From NCBI GenBank assembly GCA_951406725.2, contig OX597815.1:57536001-57600000 (forward strand): a stretch of 64,000 nucleotides of DNA. The letters are read 5' to 3'. The translations under genes were made by a program, and so were the position numbers. The notes beneath the pieces were generated by a model. That model was not told where the DNA came from and did no database searches. It worked only from the letters and a program-made list of their open reading frames with translations. Below, one piece after another: positions 39,025 through 56,350 of the stretch (positions are counted from its first letter, which is position 1; each line of letters begins with the position of its first letter). Source of the DNA: Octopus vulgaris. Its lineage: Eukaryota.

Positions 39025-39402
39025 TTTTACTTGTTTCAGTCATTTGACTGCGGCCATGCTGGAGCACCACCTTTAATCGAGCAACTCGACACCAGGACTT
39101 ATTCTTTTGTAAGCCCAGTACTTATTCTATCGGTCTCTTTTGCCGAACCGCTAAGTAACGGGGACATAAACACACCAGCATCAGTTGTCAAGCAATGCTA
39201 GGGGGACAAACACACACACGCATATATATATACATATATACGACGGGGTTCTTTCAGTTTCCGTCTACCAAATCCACTCACAAGGCTTTGGTCGGCCCGA
39301 GGCTATAGTAGAAGACACTTGCCCAAGGTGCCACACAGTGGGAATGAACCCGGAACCATGTGGTTGGTAAACAAGCTACTTACCACACAGCCACTCCTGC
39401 GC
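39025..39402 (-). mobile_element. Full-length tRNA-derived SINE (same family as 23755-24170); head-only fragment at 38501-38592
   Basis: Reverse complement of the 23755-24170 element, including the tail GGTGGTGCTCCAGCATGGCCGCAGTCAAATGACTGAAAC. Confidence 0.85.
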
Positions 39403-39409
39403 GTATAAG

Positions 39410-40391
<982 letters not shown>

Positions 40392-40491
40392 NNNNNNNNN
40401 NNNNNNNNNNNNNNNNNNNNNNNNNNNNNNNNNNNNNNNNNNNNNNNNNNNNNNNNNNNNNNNNNNNNNNNNNNNNNNNNNNNNNNNNNNN
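40392..40491. other. Assembly gap (100 N)
   Basis: Run of N. Confidence 0.99.
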
Positions 40492-42860
40492 GAAAAGCAA
40501 CCCCAACTCTAACCAAGAAGAAATAGCACACAGGAAGATATTTAAAAGCAGAAGAAACCCACCCTCTAACTACGCACTGGAAAATTTTGAAAAAGACTTA
40601 ATCGACCTCATTACCAACATCAACATTAGTAAACATAAGACCATTCCCAACACCCACTTAAGGAGCCTTAAAGATTTCCTGCATTCACTTAGGAACGATG
40701 ATAGTCTTATCATACCCGCCGACAAGACTGGGAACTGGTATAGGCTAGACTACCAAACCTACAAATCGCTCATCATGAGGGAACTTAGCAAAAAGTATAA
40801 AACTACTTCTACAGATAACCTTAAGGAAATTAACTACAAAATCAAGGAAGTTATGAGCAAATTAGACCTCCTGGACAGAACAGAACCTATTAAACCACAA
40901 GTACCCAAAATTACTATTAAAGACCATAAGAAAGACTTCCCAGATAATGTAGAAGTACGATTAATCTGTCCGACTAAATCGGATATCGGCAGACTTAGCA
41001 AGACTATCCTGGACAAGGTGATCCCACACATCAAACCCCACATCCCACTCCAACTATGGATTAACACCGACGATGTGCTAGAATGGTTTAACACTATCAC
41101 CAATAGGCCCGACTACTCATTCATCCAGGTCGACATAGCTAGCTACTACGCCAGTATATCCCCCATCTTACTTAACAAATCCCTTATTTTTGCCCGCAAC
41201 CTTTCACTCATAGACAGAGAAAAAATTGACATAATACTATTAGCTAGAAAAACCATAATAGAATTCGACGGTAGACTCTGGACCAGATCCGATACCCCCG
41301 ACAATTTCGATGTGGCTATGGGCTCGAGCGATTCAGCTCAGGTGACTGACTTGGTCGGGGCCTACCTGCTCAAGAAGCTTTTCTCCGAGGTACCGGATCT
41401 TCAGGGGGGTCTATACAGAGACGACGCTCTCTTCATATACCCCACCAACAATAGGAGTAAACTAGAAAGAATTAGGAAAAAGATCAGGCTTTTTTTTTCA
41501 AATCCTTCAATCTTAAACTAGAATTTATGACCAATACTAAAATAGTAAACTTCTTAGATGTTACGTTAGATTTGAATAAGCACCTTCACCACCCGTATAG
41601 GAAACCCGAAGAGACTACCAAATACATCCATACCTCTTCCAACCATCCACCCTGTATAATTAGCACCACGGTCCAAGCCATCTCAGACAGACTGACAAAA
41701 CTATCCTCTAATAGAGAAATTTTCAATAATCATGCACAACACTACAACCAGGTTCTCTATAGTGCCGGGTATAACCAGAGAATATCATATGTAAACCACC
41801 CGGGGAGCGTCCGTCGGCACGCAAACTCCCAATTATAATCGAACTCAGCACTCAACTCACACTAGCGATAATTCTAATTTAAACTCCAAACAAAGTATAG
41901 GAAATAGGCGAACTAATAGAATAGCACACAATAGTAACCCTCCCGACGAGAGCAATATAGATCCTATTAGGAGAAATAGAAGGGATAATAGTAGATTACG
42001 CAAATATATATGGTTCAACATACCTTACAACTTAGCAGTTAGGGGTAAGTTATGTAAGAGAATATTCTCTATAATTTCCAACAACTTCCCACCCACCCAC
42101 AAGTATAGAAGTATCTTCTCCAACAAAACTATTATGGGATTTCCTACTCTACCCTGCCCAACATGAGCTGCCTTATAGCTAAACATAACTATATTAATAT
42201 TAGAACAGCTAGATCAAGAGCAAACCATAGCGACCAACAGAACCCCCTCATCTAGACAGTAGACAATATAACCAGACTGGTAGCCATACTACCCAAACAG
42301 TTAGTAATAACACCCGCCAACACAACAGAGGAAATATTACACCCATCAACAACCAGGAGGATACCAACGCCCCCACTCGTATTGCAACATCTCCGCCTGG
42401 GATTAGCAGCACACGACCGAATAATGCAATGCAATGCAACTGCAGATGTGCATCAGAGTGCCCGCTGCAGGGCGCATGTAGGGCGAAAAACGTAATATAT
42501 TCATGTGAGGTGAGTACTCAGTTTAACACACTCACCTATATTGGTTGCTCAACCTCCTGGAAATCCAGATACTACAACCACCGGTCCTCGCTGAGACACA
42601 GACATAAGGCTAACAGCACCTCCCTCTCTAAAAGAATTTGGGAATTAAAAGACAAATGCATAGGCTTCAAACTCAGATGGTCCATCATCGGATCAGCTGC
42701 ACCTTATTTAAATAATAGAGCAGGATGCCAACTATGTTGTGTAGAACTCCTGAACATCTTGAAATTCAAAGACAAACACAATCTTATTAACAAAAGGTCA
42801 GAGTTCAAACCATCCTGTATACGCAAACTTATTAATACTTTCAAATACTACAAAGCTTAG
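40492..42860 (+). pseudogene. PLE RT / GIY-YIG endonuclease ORF (broken)
   Basis: ORF pieces 40492-41521, 41527-41838 and 42429-42860, with several frame breaks. Confidence 0.88.
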
Positions 42861-44757
42861 GTCTTATACCAACTCCCCCATGCAATTTCCTCCCACCCGG
42901 TGCAACCTATCGGCTCCAGCACTTCCCGCTTTCCTATATGTGCGTGTATATGCGTATGTGTGTGTGTATGTATGTGTATGTGCACATACGTGTACATGTG
43001 TGTACATATATATATATATATACATGTGCGTGTGTGTGTGTGTGTGTGGGTGTGTGTATGTGCATATACGGTTCCCTGCATTTTCCTCCTATATATACAA
43101 ATTTTGTCTCCCATATATGACTTCTTTTCCCTAAATATTTCTTCTCCTACACCCATATCCTCCCTATATAGTCTCTTTAATTCCCTATATCTATACCCTT
43201 TCACATTTCTAACTCGGATGTTGAACGCACACCGCCAAACTCCACTTCCCACCCTTCCAATTTTCAGTTCCCCCCGCCCGCCCCTACGTTTAACACACAC
43301 CTCTAACTTTCAACCACCTTCATCTCATGTTAAACTTTACCAAATTATATTTTTATCTTATTTTATTTTATTTTTATTTTTACTTTTATTTTTACTTTTA
43401 TCCTACTTCCATTTATTTTTATTTTTACTTTTATTCTACTTCCATTTATTCTCATTTTTATTTTCATCCCTTACCTTAACTCTTATAATTTTTATAATTC
43501 TTATATTTCATTTCTAACTATTACATTGTATTTCTTATTTTATACTGTATTTTTTATTTCTAATTTTTACCCTTACCCTCATTCTTACCCCTAACTTATC
43601 GCTTTACACCTCTATATATGTTTATTTACTTACCTATGGATCCACTTTTTGACTATACGAGCGTCCGCGTACGTGTGTATATGCATACATACATATGCAC
43701 GCGCATATATGTACATACATATTTCAATATCTTATAGCTATACCCATATGCGCGTGTGTCTCTGTGTGTGTATGTGAGTGTATATGTGCACGCGCATACG
43801 GACACACAGCCGTGTGTGCGTGCACGTATAGACATGAGTACGTGACTTTTTACATACGTTCTTATATACATCCTTTAATATCTTATATCTAGACCTAGAG
43901 GCGTGGGCATATACGTGTGTGTATGTAGGGATGGGCGCGCGTATGTACATGTGAGTGTGTACGCGTATAGTGTCCGTGTATACATGCGGATATTCTGTAG
44001 TATGTATGTATGTGTACGCGCGTGCGTGTGGGTGCGTGTGTGTTTATGTACATGTTTACACGCGAGTGCGTGTGTATGCTTATAGGCTTGGAGGCGTATA
44101 TGTATGCGTGTATGTGGGTGTATGTATCCATGATGATATGTATGTACTAGAAGTCCATTTAATTCAAGAAACCAGATTAAATGCTCATCAGCTCTGATTT
44201 ACAACACATTAGGTCCCCAGACGAAACTGTTGATTTACTGACAATTCTACAACTAAATTTTATCAATCTCCTGACCACCATGTTTGGTCCGTAACCTCTA
44301 TACATCCCTTACCTTTACATTCTTTTACATTTTTATCATGTTTTTATCATGTTTTTTTACTTTTATTTCTATTTCTATTTTTACTTTATAACCTTATGCC
44401 TTTACATTTCTTTATATTTCTTTATATTTCTTTATATTCTTTATACCCCCTTTACATCTCCTTATAACTCTTTATATCTTTATGCTCTACATTTTTATAT
44501 TTTTCTATACTTACACCTTTTATACATTTTTTATCCCTGGTCCCGAATTCTCGCCCCTCCATCTTCACGTCTATATATGTATTTATTTATTTACATTACC
44601 TCAACATCCAGTTTTCCTCATTCTACATTGAGAGAAGAAAGAGATGGACGCTTCAATTCTATGCTGCTGCCGCATTATGTCGTACGCGAATGAGAGGATT
44701 TGCATCCCCAACCAAGAATTTTTGATGTAACACATGTCCTTGTGGAAGCTGTTGTGC

Positions 44758-44835
44758 GCGGCTGAAGAAGGCCACAGACATACATTATGCATTGTTATAA
44801 ATCTGTCTAATAAAGGCCCGAAACATATGTACCGC
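44758..44835 (+). ncRNA. Type I hammerhead ribozyme with extended stem II at the PLE 3' end
   Basis: GCGG-CUGAAGA-a-GGCC..(AGAC/GUCU extension)..GGCC-c-GAAA-CAUAUG-UA-CCGC: palindromic stem III, GUA triplet. Confidence 0.85.
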
Positions 44836-44873
44836 TGAATCCTTCGCATCATGTTTTTATTTTATTTTGATCA

Positions 44874-46454
<1,581 letters not shown>

Positions 46455-46541
46455 ATTGATTGATTGATTGATTCTAGTTTCAGCTTATGAGCTGTGGCCA
46501 TGCTGGGGCACCGCCATTTGGTGTTGCTACTTGGTTTCACT

Positions 46542-49500
46542 TCATGGAGGCTTTCTAGCAACTGCTATTTGGTGCATGAGAGAGTTCGATGCAGCTGCCC
46601 TCATCTGCCCCTCCTGCCGTGAAGTTGGTTCATCTGGGACACCTGACAGGAAGAGATCCAGCTTCATTTTAAAGACATCTGTATCCACCCCATGCAGGTC
46701 TCTCAGGTTCTTCGGGAGGATATTGAAGAGCTGTGGGCCTCGGAAGCCCAGGCTATCACAGAATCTTGTCCTACATCTTGATGGCAGGTTTGGAGTCCTA
46801 GGCACCACGCAGTGGCGCCCAGTTCTGGCATTTGCGTAACTCTCGATGCCAAAGTTCAGGACACTTCCCTCCAGGATCTTCCAGATGTATATTATGGCAT
46901 ATCTTTCCCGCCTACGCTCCAGGGAATATAATTTTAATCTCTTGAGTCTTTCCCAGTAGCTTACATTCTGCATAGAGGCTATCTTCTTTGTGTAGCTTCG
47001 TTGGATCGCCTCAAGTTCTGTGATCAACTTGACACTGGATGGTGACCATAGCTGAGAGCAATAGTCAAAGTGGCTTAGGACAAGTGTCTTCCAGAGGACC
47101 ATCATGGTTTCTTGTTCTCTTGTTCTAAAGGTTCTAAGAATCCATCCAGCCAGCCGTCTACATTTCATTGTCAGTTTAGCAACATGTACATGAAAGGTCG
47201 CGTCATCACTCATGTGAATACCCAGGTCACGCACTGATTGTGCCTCTGGGATTGCAATCCCTCCGGGTCCAGTGTATTCATTGGGTATTGCATTCAGTTT
47301 TGCATGCTGATAGTATAAAGCTTGAAACTTTCCAGCATTGAACTGCATGCTATTCTTTTCAGCCCACTTGTATATTTCGTCCAGCTCACATTGCAGGTGT
47401 TTAGTGTCCTCAGGGTTCTGTATTGCCTGTGAAACTTTTGTATCATCTGCATAACTTGTGATCGTGGCTCTCTGCGTGGCTGAGGGCATGTCTGAGAGGG
47501 CCATTATGAACAGTAGTGGTCCCAGAACAGTGCCCTGCGGAACACCGCTCACTATTTGTGTGTTAATGGAGGTGGCCCCATTGGCTACTACCACCTGACT
47601 TCTATCCTTCAGAAAGTCATGAAGCCATTCTCCCAGTTTTCCAACTATGTTGAGATCACGCAGTTTGTGACATATCATTCCATGATCGACTTTATCAAAG
47701 GCCTTTGCAAAGTCGAGATATATCACTTCCACATTTGAGTGGTTGAGCAGCCGTTTCAGCACCCAGTCATAGTGTTGTAGGAGCTGAGTTAAACAGCTTC
47801 TCCCTGGTCGGAAACCATGTTGGGTGTCGGGCAGCAAGTCATTCTCTTCAAGGAAGGTGATCAGCTTCCTTCTGACTATTCGTTCCATGACCTTGCTGAT
47901 GTGTGAGGTCAGAGAGATAGGTCTATAGTTCTTGGCTTCCGCTCTGCTACCTCCTTTATGAATGGGGCATATTTTACCTTCCTTCAGTTTTCCTGGAAGT
48001 TTGCCAGCTGCAAGGAAGCTCTGAAAGAGGAACTGCAGTGGTCTTGCTAGGACTCTCTTACATGCTTTTAGGAGGATTGCCGGGAATCCATCGGGGCCAG
48101 TAGCTGAGTCTGTTTTCATTTCATCTATAGCCTTGGTTACATCGTCTTCCTTTATATCGATGTAATCTATCGTCGCCGCCTCTGATTTTATATCTGCAGT
48201 GGTAAAAAAGTCAGTTGGATTGGTGATTTGGAGATGCCCAAGGGGTGGAGTGAAAACACTCTTGAATTGCTCATTCAGTATTTCACTTACCCTCATTGGT
48301 TTTCCTGTAAGTGTGCCATCCTTTTCGAGGAGTGGCCCTATTCTACAGTGCACTGTAGCTGTTTCTTTGGCATACCTGTAGAAAGCTCTGGGGTTAGATT
48401 TTATGTTTTCTATAGCCCAGGCTTCTTTGTCTGCTCTTTCTTTTTCATGGGAGAGTTGCAGACATTTTTCGATTTCCAACAGTTTTATTTTTAGGCGGGA
48501 CTTTTCACTGCTTTCAATCTGTTTGTTTAGGCGATTTGAAAATTTCGTACGCCGTCTCATTAAAATTTTCCTCTCTCTGGGGATTTTGTTCTTGTGTACA
48601 GTGGCCTTTCTCTCTGGGACACATTTGTAGCATATGGCTTGCATTACAGACATGAATTGTTGAAGTTTCACGTCGATGTCTGGCGAGGAGAGACATTTAG
48701 GCCAGTTTTGTTTGAGGATCTCTTTCTCAATTTGTTTCCAGTTTGCCTTATGGTAGTTCAAGCTGGAAAGATTTTGAGGGTTTCTTGTAGGCTGCATGTC
48801 CGTGCTCTCTTTTGGCCCGTACATGGTCAGCTCTATCATGTTGTGATCCGAGAGTAGTGTCGGTGTCACTTTCACATTATGGATGAGATCCATGTCATTT
48901 GTGAAGCAGAGATCCAGTGTGTTACCTGCCCTGGTTGGTTGGAGTATTACCTGCTCCATGTACAGGGTGTTGATGAGGTTCAGGAGGGACCTCGCCTGTC
49001 CTCGTTCACATCTTGTCATTCCTGGGAGAGAAAGGCCCTCGGGCCATCTGACATTGGGCAGATTGAAGTCTCCCATAAGAAGCACACCTATGTGTTGTTC
49101 TAATGTGGTTAGAATTTCTTCTATTTTTATAAGGCAGTCTTCAAACTTGCCCACATGGCTTGGGGCATCTGGAGGTCGATATGTAGCACACACAACTACA
49201 TCAAGTTGCTTAATATGTACAATTAGTGTGTCACACACCGAGTTTGAGTATGACAAGAGGACCTGGGGTGTGAGGTCCTCACGGATGTACATAGCAACAC
49301 CTCCATGACTCCTTTCTTTCCTGTCGGTCCGTAGTACAGCATACTGTGGTATGTGTAACTCCGCATCTGCTATGTCCGGTTTCAGGTGCGTTTCTGTAAG
49401 TGCTATGCATAAGGCTTGATTGCATGCAACAAAGTCTCTCAGGAACGGGATCTTTGTCCTGTTACTGAGTGTTTGCAGTCCTCTGATGTTCAGTAGGAGT

Positions 49501-49646
49501 ATCGAGGTGAGGTGTACGTTGTTGTCGGCGGTGTCCATCCTGTGTCTGTTTGCTGTGGTGGTCTGGTATATAGTGGGTAGTCCCACCTGCGGGCTTGGGT
49601 TTGATGAAGCCAGGTCAGCTGCTGTACAATCTTTTGTGCCATGCAC
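46542..49646 (-). CDS. LINE ORF2: apurinic-like endonuclease + reverse transcriptase (first ATG at 49538)
   Basis: APE motifs LNIRGL, LTETHL, GGVA, YRPP, MGDFN, LDL, SDH; RT motifs [33 protein letters not shown]; CR1-type LERRR C-terminus; no stops. Confidence 0.95.
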   Translation of the reverse strand: MHGTKDCTAADLASSNPSPQVGLPTIYQTTTANRHRMDTADNNVHLTSILLLNIRGLQTLSNRTKIPFLRDFVACNQALCIALTETHLKPDIADAELHIPQYAVLRTDRKERSHGGVAMYIREDLTPQVLLSYSNSVCDTLIVHIKQLDVVVCATYRPPDAPSHVGKFEDCLIKIEEILTTLEQHIGVLLMGDFNLPNVRWPEGLSLPGMTRCERGQARSLLNLINTLYMEQVILQPTRAGNTLDLCFTNDMDLIHNVKVTPTLLSDHNMIELTMYGPKESTDMQPTRNPQNLSSLNYHKANWKQIEKEILKQNWPKCLSSPDIDVKLQQFMSVMQAICYKCVPERKATVHKNKIPRERKILMRRRTKFSNRLNKQIESSEKSRLKIKLLEIEKCLQLSHEKERADKEAWAIENIKSNPRAFYRYAKETATVHCRIGPLLEKDGTLTGKPMRVSEILNEQFKSVFTPPLGHLQITNPTDFFTTADIKSEAATIDYIDIKEDDVTKAIDEMKTDSATGPDGFPAILLKACKRVLARPLQFLFQSFLAAGKLPGKLKEGKICPIHKGGSRAEAKNYRPISLTSHISKVMERIVRRKLITFLEENDLLPDTQHGFRPGRSCLTQLLQHYDWVLKRLLNHSNVEVIYLDFAKAFDKVDHGMICHKLRDLNIVGKLGEWLHDFLKDRSQVVVANGATSINTQIVSGVPQGTVLGPLLFIMALSDMPSATQRATITSYADDTKVSQAIQNPEDTKHLQCELDEIYKWAEKNSMQFNAGKFQALYYQHAKLNAIPNEYTGPGGIAIPEAQSVRDLGIHMSDDATFHVHVAKLTMKCRRLAGWILRTFRTREQETMMVLWKTLVLSHFDYCSQLWSPSSVKLITELEAIQRSYTKKIASMQNVSYWERLKRLKLYSLERRRERYAIIYIWKILEGSVLNFGIESYANARTGRHCVVPRTPNLPSRCRTRFCDSLGFRGPQLFNILPKNLRDLHGVDTDVFKMKLDLFLSGVPDEPTSRQEGQMRAAASNSLMHQIAVARKPP

Positions 49647-50389
49647 AAAAAAGATTGTTGCTCAGCAGCTGCTCTTTCGACAACATCATGTTGGCTGTTT
49701 GTGGCGCGCACAACATCTGCGTACCTCCGCTTTGGGGCAGGTGGTGCGTGGTCCATCCCTTTTCTTTGTGTTGATGGTTTGTCCATCTGCCTCGTGTCTC
49801 TGTGGCAGGGTCCCCGATGTGCAAAGCGGCAGCCTGCACCTTCCTTTCCATGCCAGCAGGAACCTCTCAGGTAGAACATACACACCCGTGTGCGCTGTTT
49901 GGTTCCATCCTTTGCGGTTCCACTTCTATTTCTGGTTGTTTCACTCTTTGGTCCTGCTTGAGCTTTTTCTTTTCCTTTAGCTCTTCCAGTCCTTCTTCCT
50001 TCCTCTACCTCTTCACCGGGTTCTCCGTCTCCATGGCCCTTGCTGCCGGTTGGAGAACTTGCACCTGGGTTCACTTCCCGGGCAGGTTTCTCATTCAAAA
50101 CCTCCTCCCGGGCGTCCACCAGGTGGGGGTGACTTCTTTCATCGTCTCCATTCTTGCCATCTTTGCCCCGCTCGTTCTCAAAGATGGCATCAAGTGCGCC
50201 AATGTGCGACCGTACAAGCGCATATGAGCGCACGAATTCCTGTCTCTTTCGCTCCATCTGAGCCGCCGTCCTCTTGTAGCCTCTGCTCTTCAGCGCAGCC
50301 GCAATCACCTCGCTAGGGCTATCTCCGCCGGCGCACTCCCATGCTCGTACGAATAAATCCAGCTCGTCACGTCTCCATGATCTGGACAT
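49490..50389 (-). CDS. LINE ORF1, 299 aa, N-terminal Myb/SANT (trihelix)-like domain and CCCH zinc finger
   Basis: WRRDELDLFVRAW..IAAALKSRGYKRTAAQMERK..F..SY; CMFYLRGSCWHGKEGAGCRFAH (C-x7-C-x8-C-x3-H); lies directly upstream of, and overlaps, ORF2. Confidence 0.85.
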   Translation of the reverse strand: MSRSWRRDELDLFVRAWECAGGDSPSEVIAAALKSRGYKRTAAQMERKRQEFVRSYALVRSHIGALDAIFENERGKDGKNGDDERSHPHLVDAREEVLNEKPAREVNPGASSPTGSKGHGDGEPGEEVEEGRRTGRAKGKEKAQAGPKSETTRNRSGTAKDGTKQRTRVCMFYLRGSCWHGKEGAGCRFAHRGPCHRDTRQMDKPSTQRKGMDHAPPAPKRRYADVVRATNSQHDVVERAAAEQQSFLCMAQKIVQQLTWLHQTQARRWDYPLYTRPPQQTDTGWTPPTTTYTSPRYSY

Positions 50390-50449
50390 GCTGGATAATC
50401 CGTCTATCCGTTTATCTATCTAATTATGTTCGAGAGAAGACAGGAAGAT

Positions 50450-51348
50450 ATTAAGGCTAATTAGAAGATAGAGTACTTGAAAAAGAAATATTAACAATAT
50501 TAAAGTTTGTGTAAAAACGTTATTTGGGTAAAAACGTTATTTAATCTTAAGGCTAATTAGGGGATAGAGTATCTGAAAATGTATTAGCAATATTAATATT
50601 ATATTAAAGTGTGGATAAAAAAGTTGTTTAATCTTAAGGCTAATTAGGAGATAGAGTATCTGAAAATATATTAGCAATATTAATATTATATTAGAGTGTG
50701 GGTAATATTAAACGTTATTTAATCTTAAGGCTAATTTGGAGATAGAGTATCTGGAAATATATTAGCAATATTAATATTATATTTGAGTGTGGGTAATATT
50801 AAACGTTATTTAATTTAATCTTAAGGCTAATTAGAAGACAGAGTATCTGAAAAATTATATATACAATATTAAGCAATATTAACCGTTATTTAATTTAATC
50901 TTAAGGCTAATTAGACGTTATTAATATTAAACGTTATTTAATTTAATCTTAAGGCTAATTAGAAGATAGAGTATCTGAAAATATATTAGCAATATTAATA
51001 TTATATTAGAGTGTGGATAAAAACATTATTTAATCTTAAGGCTAATCAGGAGATAGAGTATCTGAAAATATATTAGCAATGTTAATATTATATTAGAGTG
51101 TGGGTAATATTAAACGTTATTTAATTTAATCTTAAGGCTAATTAGAAGATAGAGTATCTGAAGAATTATTAACAATATTAAACAATATTAAACGTTATTT
51201 AATTTAATCCTAAGGCTAATTAACAATAATTATTAACAATATTAAACAATATTAAACGTTATTTAATTTAATCTTAAGGCTAATTAACAGTAATTATTAA
51301 CAATATTAAACAATATTAAACGTTATTTAATTTAATCCTAAGGCTAAT
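50450..51348 (-). repeat. Tandem AT-rich monomer array in the LINE 5' UTR (copy A)
   Basis: Recurrent TTAATCTTAAGGCTAATTAG..GATAGAGTATCTGAAA units of ~40-70 bp. Confidence 0.85.
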
Positions 51349-53725
<2,377 letters not shown>

Positions 53726-54164
53726 TCCGTTTTCAGCAGAGAAAGACGTGATTGCCTTTGCTCTGTGAAAAAGTTTGCATAGAACGGCGAAATAACCCAC
53801 TGTAGTTGCAAAACGTAAAACTCTAAGTCATAGAGATCACTACAACACTTTGGTTAAAAATATTTTTAAAAATATATATATAAATATATACATATACACA
53901 GTAATTTTCATTTTCGCCGAAACGCACATGGTGCAAAAATAACTGAATCAAGTTATCTCCTGCAAGAAAGAAAAAGAAGCATCTCTCCTGAAAAAAATCC
54001 CGTAAACCAAAAAAAATAATCCAGACCACATTGTTGGATTAAGTATCAATTTCATCTATTTCATATTTTATTTATTATTCTATTTTATCTTTCACTTAGG
54101 CCCACATCTTAGTTAAAGTTGCGATCGTCATTTTGTTTGTTTACATTTTCAATATCTGTTCTCG

Positions 54165-55380
54165 ATATAATAATTTTCCAGATACTCTATCTTCTAATTA
54201 GCCTTAAGATTAAATTAAATAACGTTTAATATTGATACCGTCAAATTAGCCTTAGGATTAAATTAAATAACGTTTAATATTGTTTAATATTGTTAATAAT
54301 TATTGTTAATTAGCCTTAAGATTAAATTAAATAACGTTTAATATTGTTTTAATATTGTTAATAATTTTTCAGATACTCTATCTTCTAATTAGCCTTAAGA
54401 TTAAATTAAATAACGTTTAATATTAATAACGTCTAATTAGCCTTAGGATTAAATTAAATAACTTTTAATATTGTTAATAATTATTGTTAATTAGCCTTAG
54501 GATTAAATTAAATAACGTTTAATATTGTTTAATATTGTTAATAATTACTGTTAATTAACCTTAAGATTAAATTAAATAACGTTTAATATTGTTTAATATT
54601 GTTAATAATTATTGTTAATTAGCCTTAGGATTAAATTAAATAACGTTTAATATTGTTTAATATTGTTAATAATTATTGTTAATTAGCCTTAAGATTAAAT
54701 TAAATAACGTTTAATATTGTTTTAATATTGTTAATAATTCTTCAGATACTCTATCTTCTAATTAGCCTTAAGATTAAATTAAATAACGTTTAATATTACC
54801 CACACTCTAATATAATATTAACATTGCTAATATATTTTCAGATACTCTATCTCCTGATTAGCCTTAAGATTAAATAACGTTTTTATCTACACTCTAATAT
54901 AATATTAATATTGCTAATAATTTTCAGATACTCTATCTTCTAATTAGCCTTAAGATTAAATTAAATAACGTTTAATATTGTTTAATATTGTTAATAATTA
55001 TTGTTAATTAGCCTTAAGATTAAATTAAATAACGTTTAATATTGCTTAATATTGTATATATAATTTTTCAGATACTCTGTCTTCTAATTAGCCTTAAGAT
55101 TAAATTAAATAACGTTTAATATTACCCACACTCTAATATAATATTAATATTGCTAATATATTTTCAGATACTCTATCTCCTAATTAGCCTTAAGATTAAA
55201 CAACGTTTTTATCCACACTATAATATAATATTAATATTGCTAATACATTTTCAGATACTCTATCCCCTAATTAGCCTTAAGATTAAATAACGTTTTTACC
55301 CAAATAACGTTTTTACACAAACTTTAATATTGTTAATATTTCTTTTTCAAGTACTCTATCTTCTAATTAGCCTTAATATC
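54165..55380 (+). repeat. Tandem AT-rich monomer array in the LINE 5' UTR (copy B)
   Basis: Recurrent TAATTAGCCTTAAGATTAAATTAAATAACGTTTAATATT units. Confidence 0.85.
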
Positions 55381-55437
55381 TTCCTGTCTTCTCTCGAACA
55401 TAATTAGATAGATAAACGGATAGACGGATTATCCAGC

Positions 55438-56350
55438 ATGTCCAGAGCATGGAGACGTGACGAGCTGGATTTATTCGTACGAGCATGGGAGTGCGCCGGC
55501 GGAGATAGCCCTAGCGAGGTGATTGCGGCTGCGCTGAAGAGCAGAGGCTACAAGAGGACGGCAGCTCAGATGGAGCGAAAGAGACAGGAATTCGTGCGCT
55601 CATATGCGCTTGTACGGTCGCACATTGGCGCACTTGATGCCATCTTTGAGAACGAGCGGGGCAAAGATGGCAAGAATGGAGACGATGAAAGAAGTCACCC
55701 CCACCTGGTGGACGCCCGGGAGGAGGTTTTGAATGAGAAACCTGCCCGGGAAGTGAACCCAGGTGCAAGTTCTCCAACCGGCAGCAAGGGCCATGGAGAC
55801 GGAGAACCCGGTGAAGAGGTAGAGGGAGGAAGAAGAACTAAAAGAAGGACTGGAAGAGCTAAAGGAAAAGAAAAAGCTCAAGCAGGACCAAAGAGTGAAA
55901 CAACCAGGAAATAGAAGTGGAACCGCAAAGGATGGAACCAAACAGCGCACACGGGTGTGTATGTTCTACCTGAGAGGTTCCTGCTGGCATGGAAAGGAAG
56001 GTGCAGGCTGCCGCTTTGCACATCGGGGACCCTGCCACAGAGACACGAGGCAGATGGACAAACCATCAACACAAAGAAAAGGGATGGACCACGCACCACC
56101 TGCCCCAAAGCGGAGGTACGCAGATGTTGTGCGCGCCACAAACAGCCAACATGATGTTGTCGAAAGAGCAGCTGCTGAGCAACAATCTTTTTTGTGCATG
56201 GCACAAAAGATTGTACAGCAGCTGACCTGGCTTCATCAAACCCAAGCCCGCAGGTGGGACTACCCACTATATACCAGACCACCACAGCAAACAGACACAG
56301 GATGGACACCGCCGGCAACAACGTACACCTCACCTCGATACTCCTACTGA
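55438..56350 (+). pseudogene. LINE ORF1 of copy B, +1 frameshift near 55907
   Basis: ORFs 55438-55914 and 55895-56350 together equal the 299-aa ORF1 of copy A; AACCAGGAAAT versus AACCAGAAAT; also a 9-nt insertion. Confidence 0.85.

Noticed and set aside
44688-44730. SECIS-like AUGA..UGA motif upstream of the PLE hammerhead (some Naiad PLEs are reported to encode selenoproteins)
   Set aside because: The helix is only ~7 bp and G-U rich, and I see no in-frame UGA at Cys positions in either Naiad-type ORF; the stop at 62127 is TAG.
47556-50316. Antisense ORFs overlapping the LINE ORFs (e.g. 49420-49980, 48883-49308)
   Set aside because: No recognisable motifs; their presence in both copies only reflects copy identity.
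54165-55380. Repeat-spacer-like pattern suggesting CRISPR
   Set aside because: The intervening parts are themselves repeated, the context is eukaryotic with no cas genes, and the array is the LINE 5' UTR.
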